A DNA stretch of 64,000 nucleotides. Source: Oikopleura dioica (taxonomy: Eukaryota > Animalia > Chordata). This document shows, piece after piece, positions 13,413 to 25,700 of this stretch; the stretch's first letter is position 1, and every line of letters starts with the position of its first letter. The notes under the pieces are model-generated. The model made no database searches, was not told where the DNA came from, and worked only from the letters and a program-made list of their open reading frames with translations. The stretch spans positions 8,680,001 to 8,744,000 of the forward strand of contig OU015569.1 in assembly GCA_907165135.1 (NCBI GenBank). Reading direction: 5' to 3'. The position numbers were made by a program, and so were the translations under genes.

Positions 13413-15252
13413 TCATTCTGCGATGAGCACACGTCCATTAAAATACTTTGTGGCGAATTTGGAGCCGTCGGCGGTCGGGTCCGAGAAACACATCAACTCC
13501 TTTTTTATCTTCACTGGGTAGAGGATGTTGTCGAGGAGGAAGGTGGCGAGACCTGAACGAGAGCTTTTTGAAAAAGAATCGATCGAAAATATTTGATTAG
13601 CAAAAGCTTGACAAAGGTGGGATTCGAACCCACGCCCCCGGAGAGACTGGAGCCTAAATCCAGCGCCTTAGACCACTCGGCCACTTTGCCTTGGCTATTC
13701 ACGCGAAGAAGTGGTAATATAACAGACGAATAGAAGTCACCTTTTCGTCGCCAACCAGGAGCGACCCAAATGCGATCAATAGCAAGCTTGACGTCGAATC
13801 GTTCCTGACCTGCTAGTTGCCAAATTTGGCCTTCCTCGCCGATCCTGCCAAGCATTGCTCTCTTGCAGCCTTGCCAGGCTACAATTCCGATCACCATCCC
13901 TTTGTGGATAGCGCAGAAGACCCGTCGAGGAGCAGTTCGGACGTATTCGCCAAGAAGCTCGTCAACGAACTCCAGAAGCGGCTTCACTGAAAATGAAACT
14001 CGTTTACTCTCTAGTAAAAAAGGAAGAACAACCTTCTGGGTCCATGCTTAGAACTGAGCCGCTTTGAATTTCGCCGAATGAACACTTGTGCGTAGTCAGC
14101 TTTGTCTTCTTTCGCCACGTGAGCAGTTGGTGCTTGTGCTTATGTTCATCCTCGTATAGCGCAGTTCTCCTGGAACAGGTTTCCAACTTTCACCGTCAAA
14201 ATCAGCGGGCGATTTGACATTGGTTAGTTTGAATCCTTTCCTGAAGCCCAACTGTTTTTGGTAAACGCGCGGGATGCTATCAATCCAGCCGCACTTCTTG
14301 CATTCTTGGTCTAAATTTAACGATTATTTCCTCAAGCATTCGTCTATTCTTTCACCTTCGGAATCGTTCGTCAGAGTCGACTGCTGTGAATCTTCAGAGC
14401 TTGCTGGAGACGACGGCCGTGTAGATGAAACGGGCTCGAACTTTCGGATAGTTCGGACGACCGCCGTTCTGTTCTTCGCGGTGAAGCTGATGATTGAGCT
14501 TTGCCGAGCTCCTGAGCGTCTATACTTTTTTGCCGGCTCGGCTAAAACTCGGAATCAATTTACACAGAGCGAAAAAGATCAACCTTCGTTCTGGGAAGAG
14601 GCACTCTTTCGTTTTTGAGCAAGCTTCTCTTTTTCCTTTACTTTTGCATCCGCTACCGCCATCAACATCGATAAAGGAGTATTGCCGACCTTTTCAAGCT
14701 CTAAAAGATGATCAGTCCTGTGATTGCGGAATTTTCGAAGTTACTGATTGTATGCTCGACGATTTCGACGTGAGGGACAGGCTCGCTTGAGCGAGCATCT
14801 TCCGTCTCTGACGGAGTGTCTTCGAATGTCTGGAGAGGGACGAGTTTGGGCAAGCTAGCTTCACTCGACACAGCTCCAGTCTGCGCCTCCATCGTTGTAT
14901 TAATTTCTTTCCCGCTCTCTCCTTCTTCTAATTCAGTTTCCGGAGCCAGCAGATTGAGATTGAGGCTGAGCTGAGACTGGATTTCATCGAGCTCGGGCAT
15001 CTCATTGCGTTCCTCGCCATCTTCTACTGACAGTGGCGTGGAGGCTCGTTCATTCTCGTTCCAATCATCCTCGCTCCAGTCTTCGTCAGTGTCGAACCCC
15101 TGTCCCATGTAGAAGCCTATGTACTTCCTCCAGCCATCCAGCCTCTTCCGCGGGTTCTTATTCCTTTGCCAACCTAATTCAAGATATTCGCAGAGTCGTT
15201 CTTCAGTGAGTTTTTCAGGAATCTTGAGACCGTGAAAGACAAACCCTTTCAT
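13413..15252 (-). CDS. ESCO2: Cohesin acetyltransferase ESCO/Eco1 family (start approximate)
   Basis: CKKCG...EDE.KHKH zinc finger; acetyltransferase AIDRIWVAPGWRRKG|LATFLLD and CFSDPTADGSKFATKY. Paralogue assignment (ESCO1 vs ESCO2) is uncertain. Confidence 0.85.
13609..13690 (-). tRNA. trnL-TAG: tRNA-Leu (anticodon TAG), nested in last ESCO intron
   Basis: GGCAAAGTGGCCGAGTGGTCTAAGGCGCTGGATTTAGGCTCCAG...GGGTTCGAATCCCACCTTTGTCA: cloverleaf with long variable arm, A/B boxes and a downstream T4 terminator. Confidence 0.97.
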
Positions 15253-15331
15253 TTCAGCAATCTGAATAAGGAATTCGTCAAAAGGGAAATAAAATAAGAA
15301 CATGGCAGGGGCTCATCAAATCGTGCAAAAC

Positions 15332-16765
15332 TCAATCTTTCGACGGCTGATAATCATCTTCAAAGGAAGAAAGACTCGTCTCTGCAGAAAAGCGCGCTTT
15401 CAAAGCCGCAGTATCGTCTTGCCAGGTCGAGGGCACTGTCACCCCCGTCTAAAATTAATCATCAACATTTGCTGCATTAGAGGCTCTAATCTCCTGAAAA
15501 GGGAGACTAATCTCGCCCGTACCGTTTTCAGTTGAAACGTCGCAATGGGGCTCCGCTACAAGAACGGAAATAACGTTGAGCATTTCTTTCTCGGACGCGG
15601 CTAGCTGTAGTGCTGTCAGGTTTCCGTTAGTCTTTGAGTTGACATCCGCGCCGCGCGAAAGGAGGATGCTCGCCATTTCGTCGTTGTTCCATCTGGCGGC
15701 GGAGTGCAGCGGCGTCCATCCGTCTCCGCTGCGCGCTTCGATCTCTGCCCCACACTCGATCAGGAGCAAGGCGACTTCGACCGAATTCGAATAGGCGCAG
15801 CAATGCAGGGCTGTGTACCCGTCCTCGTCGTGTTTGTTGATGATGGCGGAAAGCTGACCACTGTTCATGAAATCTTGAATTCTTAAGTTAAATTCGCAAA
15901 TTTGAAAATTTTATCTTACTTTTGACAATATCGACACGGTTATTCTTAGATGCGAAGAGTAGTAGGTCATGTGGGCTTTTCGCTCTGGCCTCTTCTTCGT
16001 TCAGGCTCTCTGCAAAAAGAAAAAATTAATAATTAGCAAAAAATTGGCAAGTATATGCAGGATATATTTTTGGTGGAGCAGCGTGACTGTGGTCGACCAA
16101 TCGAAACGCCGCGCGGTCTCAAGAATAGAGCAGTTCTCGCGTGCGCGGTCGTTCTTCCCGCGCCCCTGGGCGCCAAGTTCCCAAGTCTTGGAATCTCATG
16201 GAAGTTATCTGTGACTTGGGAAGTGTCAGCTGAGAGGACGAAAAAGAATGTACAGGCCTCGGCGATGCGCTCAGTTTTATTCAAAGGACTACTCGCCTGG
16301 ATCGGACTCATCTCCTGGCCATTCTGATTTTGATGGAGGTATGTCATCGTATTTTCGTAATTCTTCCGTATCCAAATCGCCTAAATTATCCAACTCCTCA
16401 CTGAGAAACTGTGCTTGGGTTCCATCTTATTGTTTATAATTTGGGGTTCTCCGCTTTGTGTTGGTGCTAAAAACTCGCAGTGGCCAAGTACAGGCAGGTG
16501 TCAAGCTGTGCAAATAGGATGCAACGGTCCCACCGACACGCGCAGCCTGCTGCGATGTCCTGCAGAGACTGGTCCTAGCACCAATTTCGAGCAACGCTCG
16601 GTGTGATATAGCTTCAAAATCAGCAAGCTAAGCCTCTTGCATCCTATTTGCACAGCTTGACATCATGCCCGTACCTGGCCACTGTGAGTTTTTAGCACCA
16701 ACACAAAGCGGAGTGAGCCTATAATTTTAGTTTTTTCTTTACATATTAGTACCCTCAGGGATCAT
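15332..16765 (-). CDS. ANKRD49: Ankyrin repeat domain protein 49
   Basis: LLLFASKNNR, DEDGYTALHCCAYS, DGWTPLHSAARWNN and KTNGNLTALQLAA. A 13-nt first exon (16753-16765) restores the frame MIPEDGTQ. Confidence 0.85.
16449..16713. mobile_element. MITE with ~76-bp imperfect TIRs in ANKRD49 intron 1
   Basis: 16449-16524 is the reverse complement of 16637-16713 with few mismatches; non-coding ~110-bp core. Confidence 0.85.
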
Positions 16766-17234
16766 TACTAATTAAAACCAAAATACTTCGTATTTTTTGA
16801 TACCGCTTTTTTATTCAAAAATCAAGAACGAAAAGCGTCCCCATCGATCGCCCCGATTGCTCAGTTAAGCGCCTACTAAAACCGTGTTTGCACGGGAAAA
16901 CGCAGATTCCGTGGCACCCAGCCCTGGGCCATTTATTGGGGATTTTCTGGTTGACTTCCAGTAGATTCTCTCGGCGCTATTGAAAGTTGCGTTGTGTGAG
17001 GGGGCCAATCACGCTTTTTTCACGGGCGCGCCAAAACCTGCGATCGAAACCCGGACGAGAGAAAATCGCTGCTCTTTCCCCGTCCTTGATCTCTCGAGAA
17101 TCATCGCTTGTTTTGCTCTAAAAATTCCTCTAGAACCTGTCACGTGACTCGTCCCTAACCTTCCTTTAAATGCTGAAGTGTTGTTTTTAGAATTCATATA
17201 TGCAAATACCGAAGTAGGAGACTTTTGCTTCGCG

Positions 17235-20200
17235 ATGCCTTTGCTAAATCGAGGCCCGTTCATTCCAGTTGATGTTCCCGAAAATCTACAGGACGATGAG
17301 AAGGTCTACTTTTGCGATGTTACTGGGGAGATATTCAGGTATCATCTTTCAATTTGATCAACTCGCGCTCAGCGATTGCGCTTTAGGTCGTTCGAAGCGT
17401 TCTCCGGCCGCAAAATTCAACTGGACACTGAAGTCTGGAGCTGCGAAGTGACCGGCAAGAGCAACATTACCTACGATGAAGCAGTGCAGTCTGAACGGGA
17501 GGCCAAGGCAGCCGTCAAGAAGGTCGACAAGAGACTGACAAGAGCGATTTTGTTCTTGGCAAACAAAGCAAAAGGACGGACTGTGCTACAGAAACTCGCT
17601 CATGAAATAATGACCGCAATCAAAGATATCTACGTTCTTGGTAAAGACTTTTGATATATTAATTTTGCTAAAGCTTCACTTGAGGCGAGAAAATAAAGCA
17701 CCAAAACAAAAAGTTCCAAGTCGAAGACATGAAATACGTCGGACTGGAGAAGGAAAACATGAGCCCTGGTGGCCTATCAAAGTTTGTCTACACCCTGGAA
17801 GAGTCGACCGAGCGCAGGAAGAAAAAAGTAGAGGGGGAAGAAGTCAAGGAGTCTCCGAAAAAGCAGATCACTGTGAAAGCAAAGGACATTAAGCAAGGAT
17901 CGCGTAATCTCTCGAAGCCTCTTCTTTGCTATATTCTCAAGGTAAAAAACATTGGCAGATCAATTCTAGAATCAGTGAAATTTTAAGATGCACACATTCC
18001 AGTGCGACGAAGATAGATCTTACGCTCTTTTGCCAAATAGCGTGAAAAATTACAGAATAGAACAGACAAAATGGAGCGAAATCTTCAACGGGCCAGAGCC
18101 GAAATTCGAGAAGATGGAGCCGAAGAAAGTAGCGCCAAAAAAAGTACTCAACAACAAGATGATGCAAAACATGATGATGAAGAGGATGGAGGAAGAAGAA
18201 CGGCAGCGACGAGAGAAGATTGACCAAGCCGCTAGCCAAGAGCAACGCCTGGCAGAGGCTAAGAAAGCGCTCGCACAGGCGAAGAGAGAGTGGAAAATGA
18301 TCCGAACTGACGAGACTCTAGACGATCTGAGTCAACACAAACTCCCGTCGCCACTGAAAATTGAAACGCCACTGCCAGCTCAATTCATGGCCGACGCACT
18401 GACCCTTTGCGAATTCCTGCGCACTTTCCACGGCGCACTTGACTCCGTCGAGTGGGAAACGAAGATGAGCAAGTTCTCTTTGGAAGATGCGTTCAAAATG
18501 CTCACAGAAACTAAAACCGATGGCGTCTTCTGCGATGTTTTAATTTACCTGCTCGGCTCTTTGCAAAATAGCACGAAAAAAGAGGAAGAAGAATCGGAAT
18601 CGAAGGCGAACCCCATTTGCCGCCAGTCGGACTCTCCGTTTCTGGATGACAATGTTGCTACCACAGTAGTAAACGAGGTATTCGTCATAAAAATTGGATA
18701 TATTTGCTCAATGATTTTTAAAGGCGTGGCCCATCGGTTCCAAATTTAATGCCGATGAAGTGATAGACTCTTGCACTGAAGTCGCAATTTTCTACGCGAA
18801 GGCTCTTGGGGATTACCCTGTCAAATACACCATCGACGAAACTACCGTCACTGAAGTTTTGCGCTTGATCCTGCTCTCCGGCGGAGCCAATCCCAGCAAT
18901 GACATCGATAGTAACAGAATGAAGTATCGCGGTGGATATCAGACAACAGATAGCACATTCCTCAATGCACTTCGCCGCGATGAGCACATTGATTTGCTGA
19001 AAAAGCTGGAAACTGAGTCAGTTTTCACCTTAGCTCCGGAAGAAAGATTACGGCTCGTCATGCTCCTGACAGACGTTCTGATTGTTGAAGGTGAGATCAG
19101 ATACCACCAAGACGAGATGGACGAGAAAATCCTCGAAATAACGGAAGAAATAAAAGAAATTAGAAAAAACGCGAAAGAGGAAAAGGTTCGATTAGGTCAA
19201 GAACTACACAAAATAAGAATCGATCTGATGGAAATGAAGAAAGCGAATCCCAATCCAAACTCAGTAGCTCTCCGAAAAATCGAAGACTTGCAAACGAGCA
19301 TAGCCGAAAAAGAGTCTCTCGCTGCCAGCAACGAGCAAGAGACTGAAGCAAGTATCGACGATGCCAATGCAAGAATTCAAACAATCACTCTAGGTAGACT
19401 CTCAAGAAACGACCTTGACTAACACAACTTCTAGCATTCCGCCCAATCTATCTTGGCTCTGATAGATTTCATCGTCGCTACATGATCTCATCAGCTTCGC
19501 CCGGACTGATTGTAGAAGTGCCCAACAGAAACGAAATACCTCTTCCGGCGAATGCTGACAGCTGGGAAAACTACAAAGTTCCGGAATTTCAGAAACAACC
19601 AAAGCTTTCCGACTTCATGGAGAATACGAAAGGCCGCACCGCTCCTTCAGCTCCTGCTGATGAAGTAATGGAAGTCGAGACACAAGAAATACTCCAATCA
19701 GAAAATGCGAAAGCTTGGACAGAAAGTGCGCTCCACGAGCCTGGCTTTTATATTTACGACGAAGAAGCAACGATCCGCGTTCTTTACGAAGGCCTCAACG
19801 AACGAGGCGAGCGCGAAAAGACTTTGAAAGAAAGAATCCAAAGACATTTCTTCCTACTTACACGAGACATTGACAAAGCAGGCCCTGGTTTCTATAAAAA
19901 TGGAAAACTGCTTCAGTTTACTGAACCAGAGCCTGATGAAAAGCACGACGTTTTCGATAAAGAAATACTTCTGTAAGTTTCTTTTATAATCACGTTTAAT
20001 AAAATAATTTTAGTGCACGTGATTTCATTCTTGAGCTCGAAGAACGAATATTCAAGGCTGACTTTGGCGATCTAGAGTCGGCCGAAGAGGAGCGCGAAGC
20101 TCTCCGCGAATTCTGGCTTGATCGCAAACAGATTCGTTCCCGTGATTACAGGAAGGCTCTTCTCGAAAAAGACGAAAACTTGTTCCTGAAGTTCAATGAT

Positions 20201-20917
20201 GACAAGGACATAGAAATGACGATGCGTGTACCAAACTACTTGTCTGAGCCGAACAGTGAAAGCGAAGAGCTTTTCGAAGTGCAAAATCTAGCAGCATCAG
20301 TCATAGCTCTTAGAAGAGCAATACGACAAGATGTGCTGCTTCGACCTCTTGGCACAGCATCAAATAAAAAGGGAAATAAGCGTGAAAAAAATGAAGTGTG
20401 GAAGGCCGTTTACAACAGTCAAAAGAAACATTGGGAAGCTTCGCTTTTGTCAGTTCGGTTAGTTTGGCTAGAATCCTATCGGACATGAGTCGTAACTTCA
20501 ATTCAGGTCACCTGCCGCACTAATGCTCCACTTGATTCATCTCGAAGAATGCATCAACTGGTCTCAAAGTATTGAGAATATTCGATGCCAGAAATGCAAA
20601 AAGAAGTCTGATGGAGAAAATATGATTATCTGCGATGGATGCGAGACACCATTCCACACTTACTGCCACAAACCGAAAATAAGAAAAATTCCAAGCGGTG
20701 ACTGGTACTGCAAGGTAAGTGGTAGAATATCGTTTTTTTTCGTTCGGACTTTTTAATATGCTGTTTTTTCATGAATATTTAGCAATGCAAAGCGGAGCAA
20801 GAAAAACAGCAATCACCTAAGAAGAGTAGACGATCGACAAACATATTTGAAATCGACGAAGACTTGGAGCTCCGTCCACGAAAAAGAAACAAAGTAGATT
20901 ACAAGGAACTCCCCTAG
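17235..20917 (+). CDS. BAZ1A: BAZ1A/ACF1 chromatin-remodelling subunit (WAC, DDT, WHIM, PHD; no bromodomain seen)
   Basis: WAC domain MPLLNRGPF...YFCDVTGEIF...WSCEVTGKSNITYDEA; DDT MADALTLCEFLRTF; PHD CQKCKKKSDGENMIICDGCETPFHTYCHKP...GDWYCKQC. Confidence 0.93.
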
Positions 20918-20936
20918 AATTTCTCCCGCGATCACT

Positions 20937-21690
20937 TCACACGCATTTATCTTGTAACATACTATTGTTAGACATATTTTCGCGTCTTTCATAACTGCCA
21001 TTTAATACAATTAAAAAAAGATGCTTAGGATTTGACAAATACAATCTATGAACTTTCAATCCAGGATGATGACTGACTGATATTGAAAAAAATGCTTTCG
21101 TTTTGTACGTACTTGAAGAAATAAGGAAGGGTAATCTCGACTTTAATAAGGGATGGAAGTTGGCATTCTTCATGTAGTGACATAGTGAAAAAGCTGACTT
21201 CCAAGCGCATCGATCGTATCCAAATGCAATATCGCAGGTTGAATTAAAGCGGTGCCGAGTCTCCGTCTGTCCTCCTCTCCCTCGACGGACCAACTATTGA
21301 TTGTGACTCTGACTCTCCGACTGGGAAACGCGCAATTTCTAGTTCATCCTCTAGAATCGCGGAAGCCCTGAAGCCTCAACAGTATCGGATGTCGAGGTCG
21401 AGAGATTCGCAACGAGTACGCATGATTCACATTAGCTAGTGCTACTGGGGCCGCCTGATCCATTTTCTGCCGAGTCAGCTCAATACCGACTGCTGCTCTA
21501 ACTAAAATGCGTGAGCTCTTAGTTTCTGCCTCGTCCGTGAGCCCAGGGCAACATTTGCCGTGCACATTGCTTCTTGATTGCCACTTTCGTAATACGTATT
21601 TTGAGTTGATTTTTGTAAAGGAGAAGGAGGAAGACGGCCGCGCTCACGCAGAGCGCCCGTCGTTGCGACACATGGACGTGATAAGGTGAA
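20937..21690 (-). CDS. Possible small spliced gene, type II membrane-like, unidentified
   Basis: Protein-like minus-strand segments (SQRRALCVSAAVFLLLLYKNQ; FGYDRCAWKSAFSLCHY); no consistent splice model or family recognised. Confidence 0.25.
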
Positions 21691-22020
21691 GGCGAGAGTC
21701 GCGTTTAAATGCGACAGAGTAGAAATCGAGTGCTCCGAATGTACTTGTCGGACGCGGGACTATGCCATATAAAACCAATATCAAGGGCAATAGTAGACAA
21801 CAACAACCACAACCATAATCAGACCAGTTGTTGTGTCGCCGTCTGTCTGGACTCGACGGCGACCAGAGTGATCCATTTCAGAGAAACCCAGAGGAACCAC
21901 TCGGCCACTCACCTTTTCCTATTTTATATCTTTACATGCTCAAGAGACATAAACAAAGAATAACATATTGTTGAAAGGCGAAAGCTACAGAGGATAAGAG
22001 TCAAGGCCAACAGAAGAAAG

Positions 22021-25000
22021 ATGAGTGCGATGGTCGTCGACACCAACCAAAGGTTAGTCGGGAAGGCCCCGCTAGCGAGTAGATTGTCTGACAGTAGCGA
22101 CCCTTTTTACGCAGGAAGTGATAAAAGGTCTTACTCTGTCAAAACACGAGCTTTGTTCAATCGTTAAAACTTAGTACCTATAACTCAAGGCAAAATAATG
22201 GTTTTGGTTTTATCTTGAAGAAGTTTAGAGTCTTATGTAAACCTCGTTTAAAATTTACTAGAGTATTCTATCAAATTTTAACAGTTCAAGTTCGAAATAA
22301 TTTAACTACATTGTGGGTACAGAAATGACACTCAAATCGTCAACGACCTAATGCACTACTCAATCAATAACGCCGAAGTCAGTATTCAAGATCAGCAGTT
22401 CTACGAGTGCGCCGTAAAGGAACTTCGGTTGAAAGTGACTAGAAAAAGTTGACTCCGTTACTTTGTTTTCGGCGCAATGAAGGAATCATCCACCCGGTCC
22501 AGACATTATTATTTTCCATATATGTCTGTCTTTAAAATTGTATTGATAAACTGGAGACATCTTTGTTTAATCTTTCTGATTTCCTATCGTCAGTCAGCCT
22601 CAAAACTAAATAGCAAACAGTGATAATATTGAGTTGATATCGCTATTTTCAACCTTGTAAAAGTCGCTCATCCGGAGGCTGCGTCGCAGGAATGGTTCAT
22701 TTCTCTCTGTTCGAAATTCATTGTTCTCCCGAAAGGTGCGTGAATCTATTGAACCGCCAAAGCCAAGAAAAGGGTATCGTTGAAAATCTCATCAGAAGCG
22801 TGAAGCATGCAGACCAGGACACTGCCTGTGTCAAAATTCCACGTTCTCTTGATGGACGCATGCAAGGTATGTAGACAAAAATCGACTAGAAAAGAATAAC
22901 GAGCAAATATCTCCAGTTATGCAGAAGAAAACTATTCCGCATGTAATATTTTACCAAATATGGCGAGATAAAACAGTGAAGTCGTACCACGAGCTGCAAG
23001 CAATCGTCACATGTCGCCATGCATACGGTAACAGTCTTGAAAAGAAAAGCGAGTGAAAATGCCGCAAGTAAGTGAATTTATTGTAATGGTTTAAGACATG
23101 TCACAGACCGGTGGCGAGATCTGTGTCAACCCATTTCATTATGAAAGGAAAGTTGAGAAAGTAAGAAATAAGCCGCTATCCAACAACAATGGAAATATCA
23201 CATCATTTCCTCAACTAGAAATCAGGCGCGTGCGACCACAACTGAACGGCATCCACCAACTGGTCGATAGGTAAGATTCTAGGCAAGGGCAGAACAGCTC
23301 TATGCCGAATATGATAAATGTATGAACAATAGCGACTCGAATCGACGTTTTTCTTGTGATTTTGATGCAAATGAAAATTAAATATTTAGAAGAACTCCTT
23401 ATTGTTACAGTATGAGTTCGATTAGGTAAGGTTTTTGCATCAAGTGGGTTGTTTTATGTCCGTCAAAATTTCATTATGAATGAACTGCATTTGGATTGGA
23501 ATGTTTTTCATATTTTACCTCACCCAAAGGACTTCGTTACTTTCTCCACCATGACAAGTCGTCACGCATATAAATAATCCGAATGAGTTTTGAATCTAAA
23601 AAACTGCATGTTCTTACGTCTTCACTTCATTAAATGTTAATTATAAAAGAGCGAAATACGGAGCGGACATTCGATCTTCAATAAAACTGTAAGAAAAAAA
23701 TGTTTGCGACCATGAATTATTATTTTTCTTTTGTTGTGTCAAGCATGATAACAGATATTTGTTAGCCACTAATCGAAAGTTAAAAAGTCAACAATAGCTT
23801 CATCTATATTTAAGACAAAGCCAAGATACTTGCTATTCGTTCGACGACAGCAATCAAAACATGGTTTATGACAACGTAAGTAATCTTTCATGTGAATTGA
23901 AACTTATCTATTTTACGTGGTTGAACTTACTGGGAAGCTCTCAGAGGGAATTATTAACGTCATCTATCGTAATATAAGTTAGTCTCAGAGAAGCAACCAA
24001 CCAGTCGAGATTTTAATCAAAGAGATGTCGAGCAAATTTATTCTAGTTTTTTTTTTAATTTAACCTTTGTGATTTATAATTTAATCTTATTTTCGAGAAT
24101 ACATCTTCCCCATTCTATTTCTACTGTAATTACTTGCTCCAATTTCACGCATGATTTCAATATAGATAAAAAGTAGAAAGAAGTGAGACGTCGTTGTTGA
24201 TTTGGCTGAAACTGGCCTTTCTAATTTTCGTACTCTGATCCCAATACTAACAAGCTATTTAATTTTTAGCAGGCAACGGCTCTACCGGCCTCCAACTTCC
24301 AGCAAACAGCCCTTGTACTGCATCAAGGACAGATGCAGTATTCCAACGAAGGAGAGACATCCACTAACAATGGTCAAGCGTGGCTTACAGTAGCTTACTG
24401 GGAGCGAGAGATTCGTCTCGGTGAAAAGTTTTTCGGTTGGCAGCCAGACGTATTTATCAGCGGTGGATACAACCCTAACACTGAAAACGGGTCTAAATTC
24501 TGGTATGTTTAACTTTCAAAAAAGTCAAATTCATTTTTTTTATTACTGAAAGCAAGACAAATAGTCTTTTTTTACAGTCTTGGAGCGATCGCGAATCCAA
24601 GTAGGGATGACAAGACCAGCTCTGTTCGCTGTCACATCGGGCAAGGGATAAAAATCTCCGGAGGTCCAAACTGCCAAGTCGTTTACCTTGACAACCTTTC
24701 TGATCATGCTGTGTTCATCCAAAGTCAAAACTGGAATATTCGTGCCGGGCAACACGTAAGTTTATTTGTGAAATGCACTTCCTTTGTTATATAACATGTT
24801 CGAACTCGTCTAACAGCCGACAATTGTGAATTTTCAGAAAAATAAAATCATAAAAGTCCCTTCGCGCGGCAGAGCTGAGGTCTTCAACACCTCTGACTTT
24901 TACGAACGACTCTTTGCCGCCAAAATCCACGGATACAACGCCGTCGCCGATCTCGCTCACCACTGCACCATGCGTCTCAGGAACTGGATAAATCCGATCA

Positions 25001-25208
25001 ATATTTTTTACGCGACAATAATTTATAAGAATTGTAATTTATCATCAATGGAAGCTTCGTGAAAGGCTGGGGCGTGGGCTACAAAGTGCAAGAGATCACT
25101 TCTACTCCATGCTGGGTGGAATTGACCCTTCAACACTCACTCGCATGGATCGATGACTTTCTTAAGGGTCTTGACCCTCCAGGAAAGAAGCCAAGCTCAT
25201 TCACATAA
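22021..25208 (+). CDS. Divergent receptor-regulated-type SMAD (MH1 + MH2)
   Basis: MH1 CVKIPRSLDGRMQV...CVNPFHY; MH2 WLTVAYWEREIRLGE, FCLGAIAN, SFVKGWG...ITSTPCWVE; C-terminus PSSFT*. Subtype not assignable. Confidence 0.93.
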
Positions 25209-25700
25209 AGACTGCTGTTTTCAAACAGACACTATCTTTCCCTTTACCGCAAGACTCAATAGGCACGTTCTCCTTGTTGATTCCAACGAGGAGTGCTATG
25301 TTTGTACAAGTTCTTGCATCTTTCTCTTCATTTTCGTCAGTTTCGTAAGCACCAAAAAACTCAGCTTCCATGAAAAATTGTATGGTTTGTTAAGCTTGGC
25401 TCAAGATGTTCCAAGAGCAGCCTTCCATTATCATTTACTGCAGATGGAAGCTCGCTTGCTTCTGAAATGCTGAGCAAAGTTTATCGAACGATGCAATAAA
25501 GAAGATGATCCCACATGCAATCATTTCAGATTGTTTTGTCAAACAACTCAGACTGCGAATACGTTCTATATTAATCATCCATTTTTCATGGTCGTTGCGT
25601 AACTAACTGACGTCGATTCTTTCAAAATTTCGCCATGTGTTTGGAAGTTTTGGGGAAAACTGTCTTCACTCACTTCTCTCATTTCCTACATTAAAAACAA
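25201..25700 (-). CDS. Possible convergent spliced gene, unidentified (3' part)
   Basis: Open segments ELPSAVNDNGRLLLEHLEPS and FFMEAEFFGAYETDENEEKDARTCTNIALLVGINKENVPIESCGKG; no family recognised. Confidence 0.3.

Noticed and set aside
13511-13987. ORF reading through the tRNA as a protein-tRNA fusion
   Set aside because: ESCO homology resumes in another frame after a GT-AG intron (13553-13740); the read-through is incidental.
14161-14285. Possible GA-AG intron in the ESCO zinc finger without a terminal stem
   Set aside because: Boundaries are ambiguous, so it was counted neither for nor against the stem pattern; it is a potential counter-example to test.
16010-16296. GC-AG intron in ANKRD49 as a stem-class member
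   Set aside because: It has a consensus-like GCGAGT donor, a pyrimidine tract and no end pairing, so it is an ordinary GC-AG intron.
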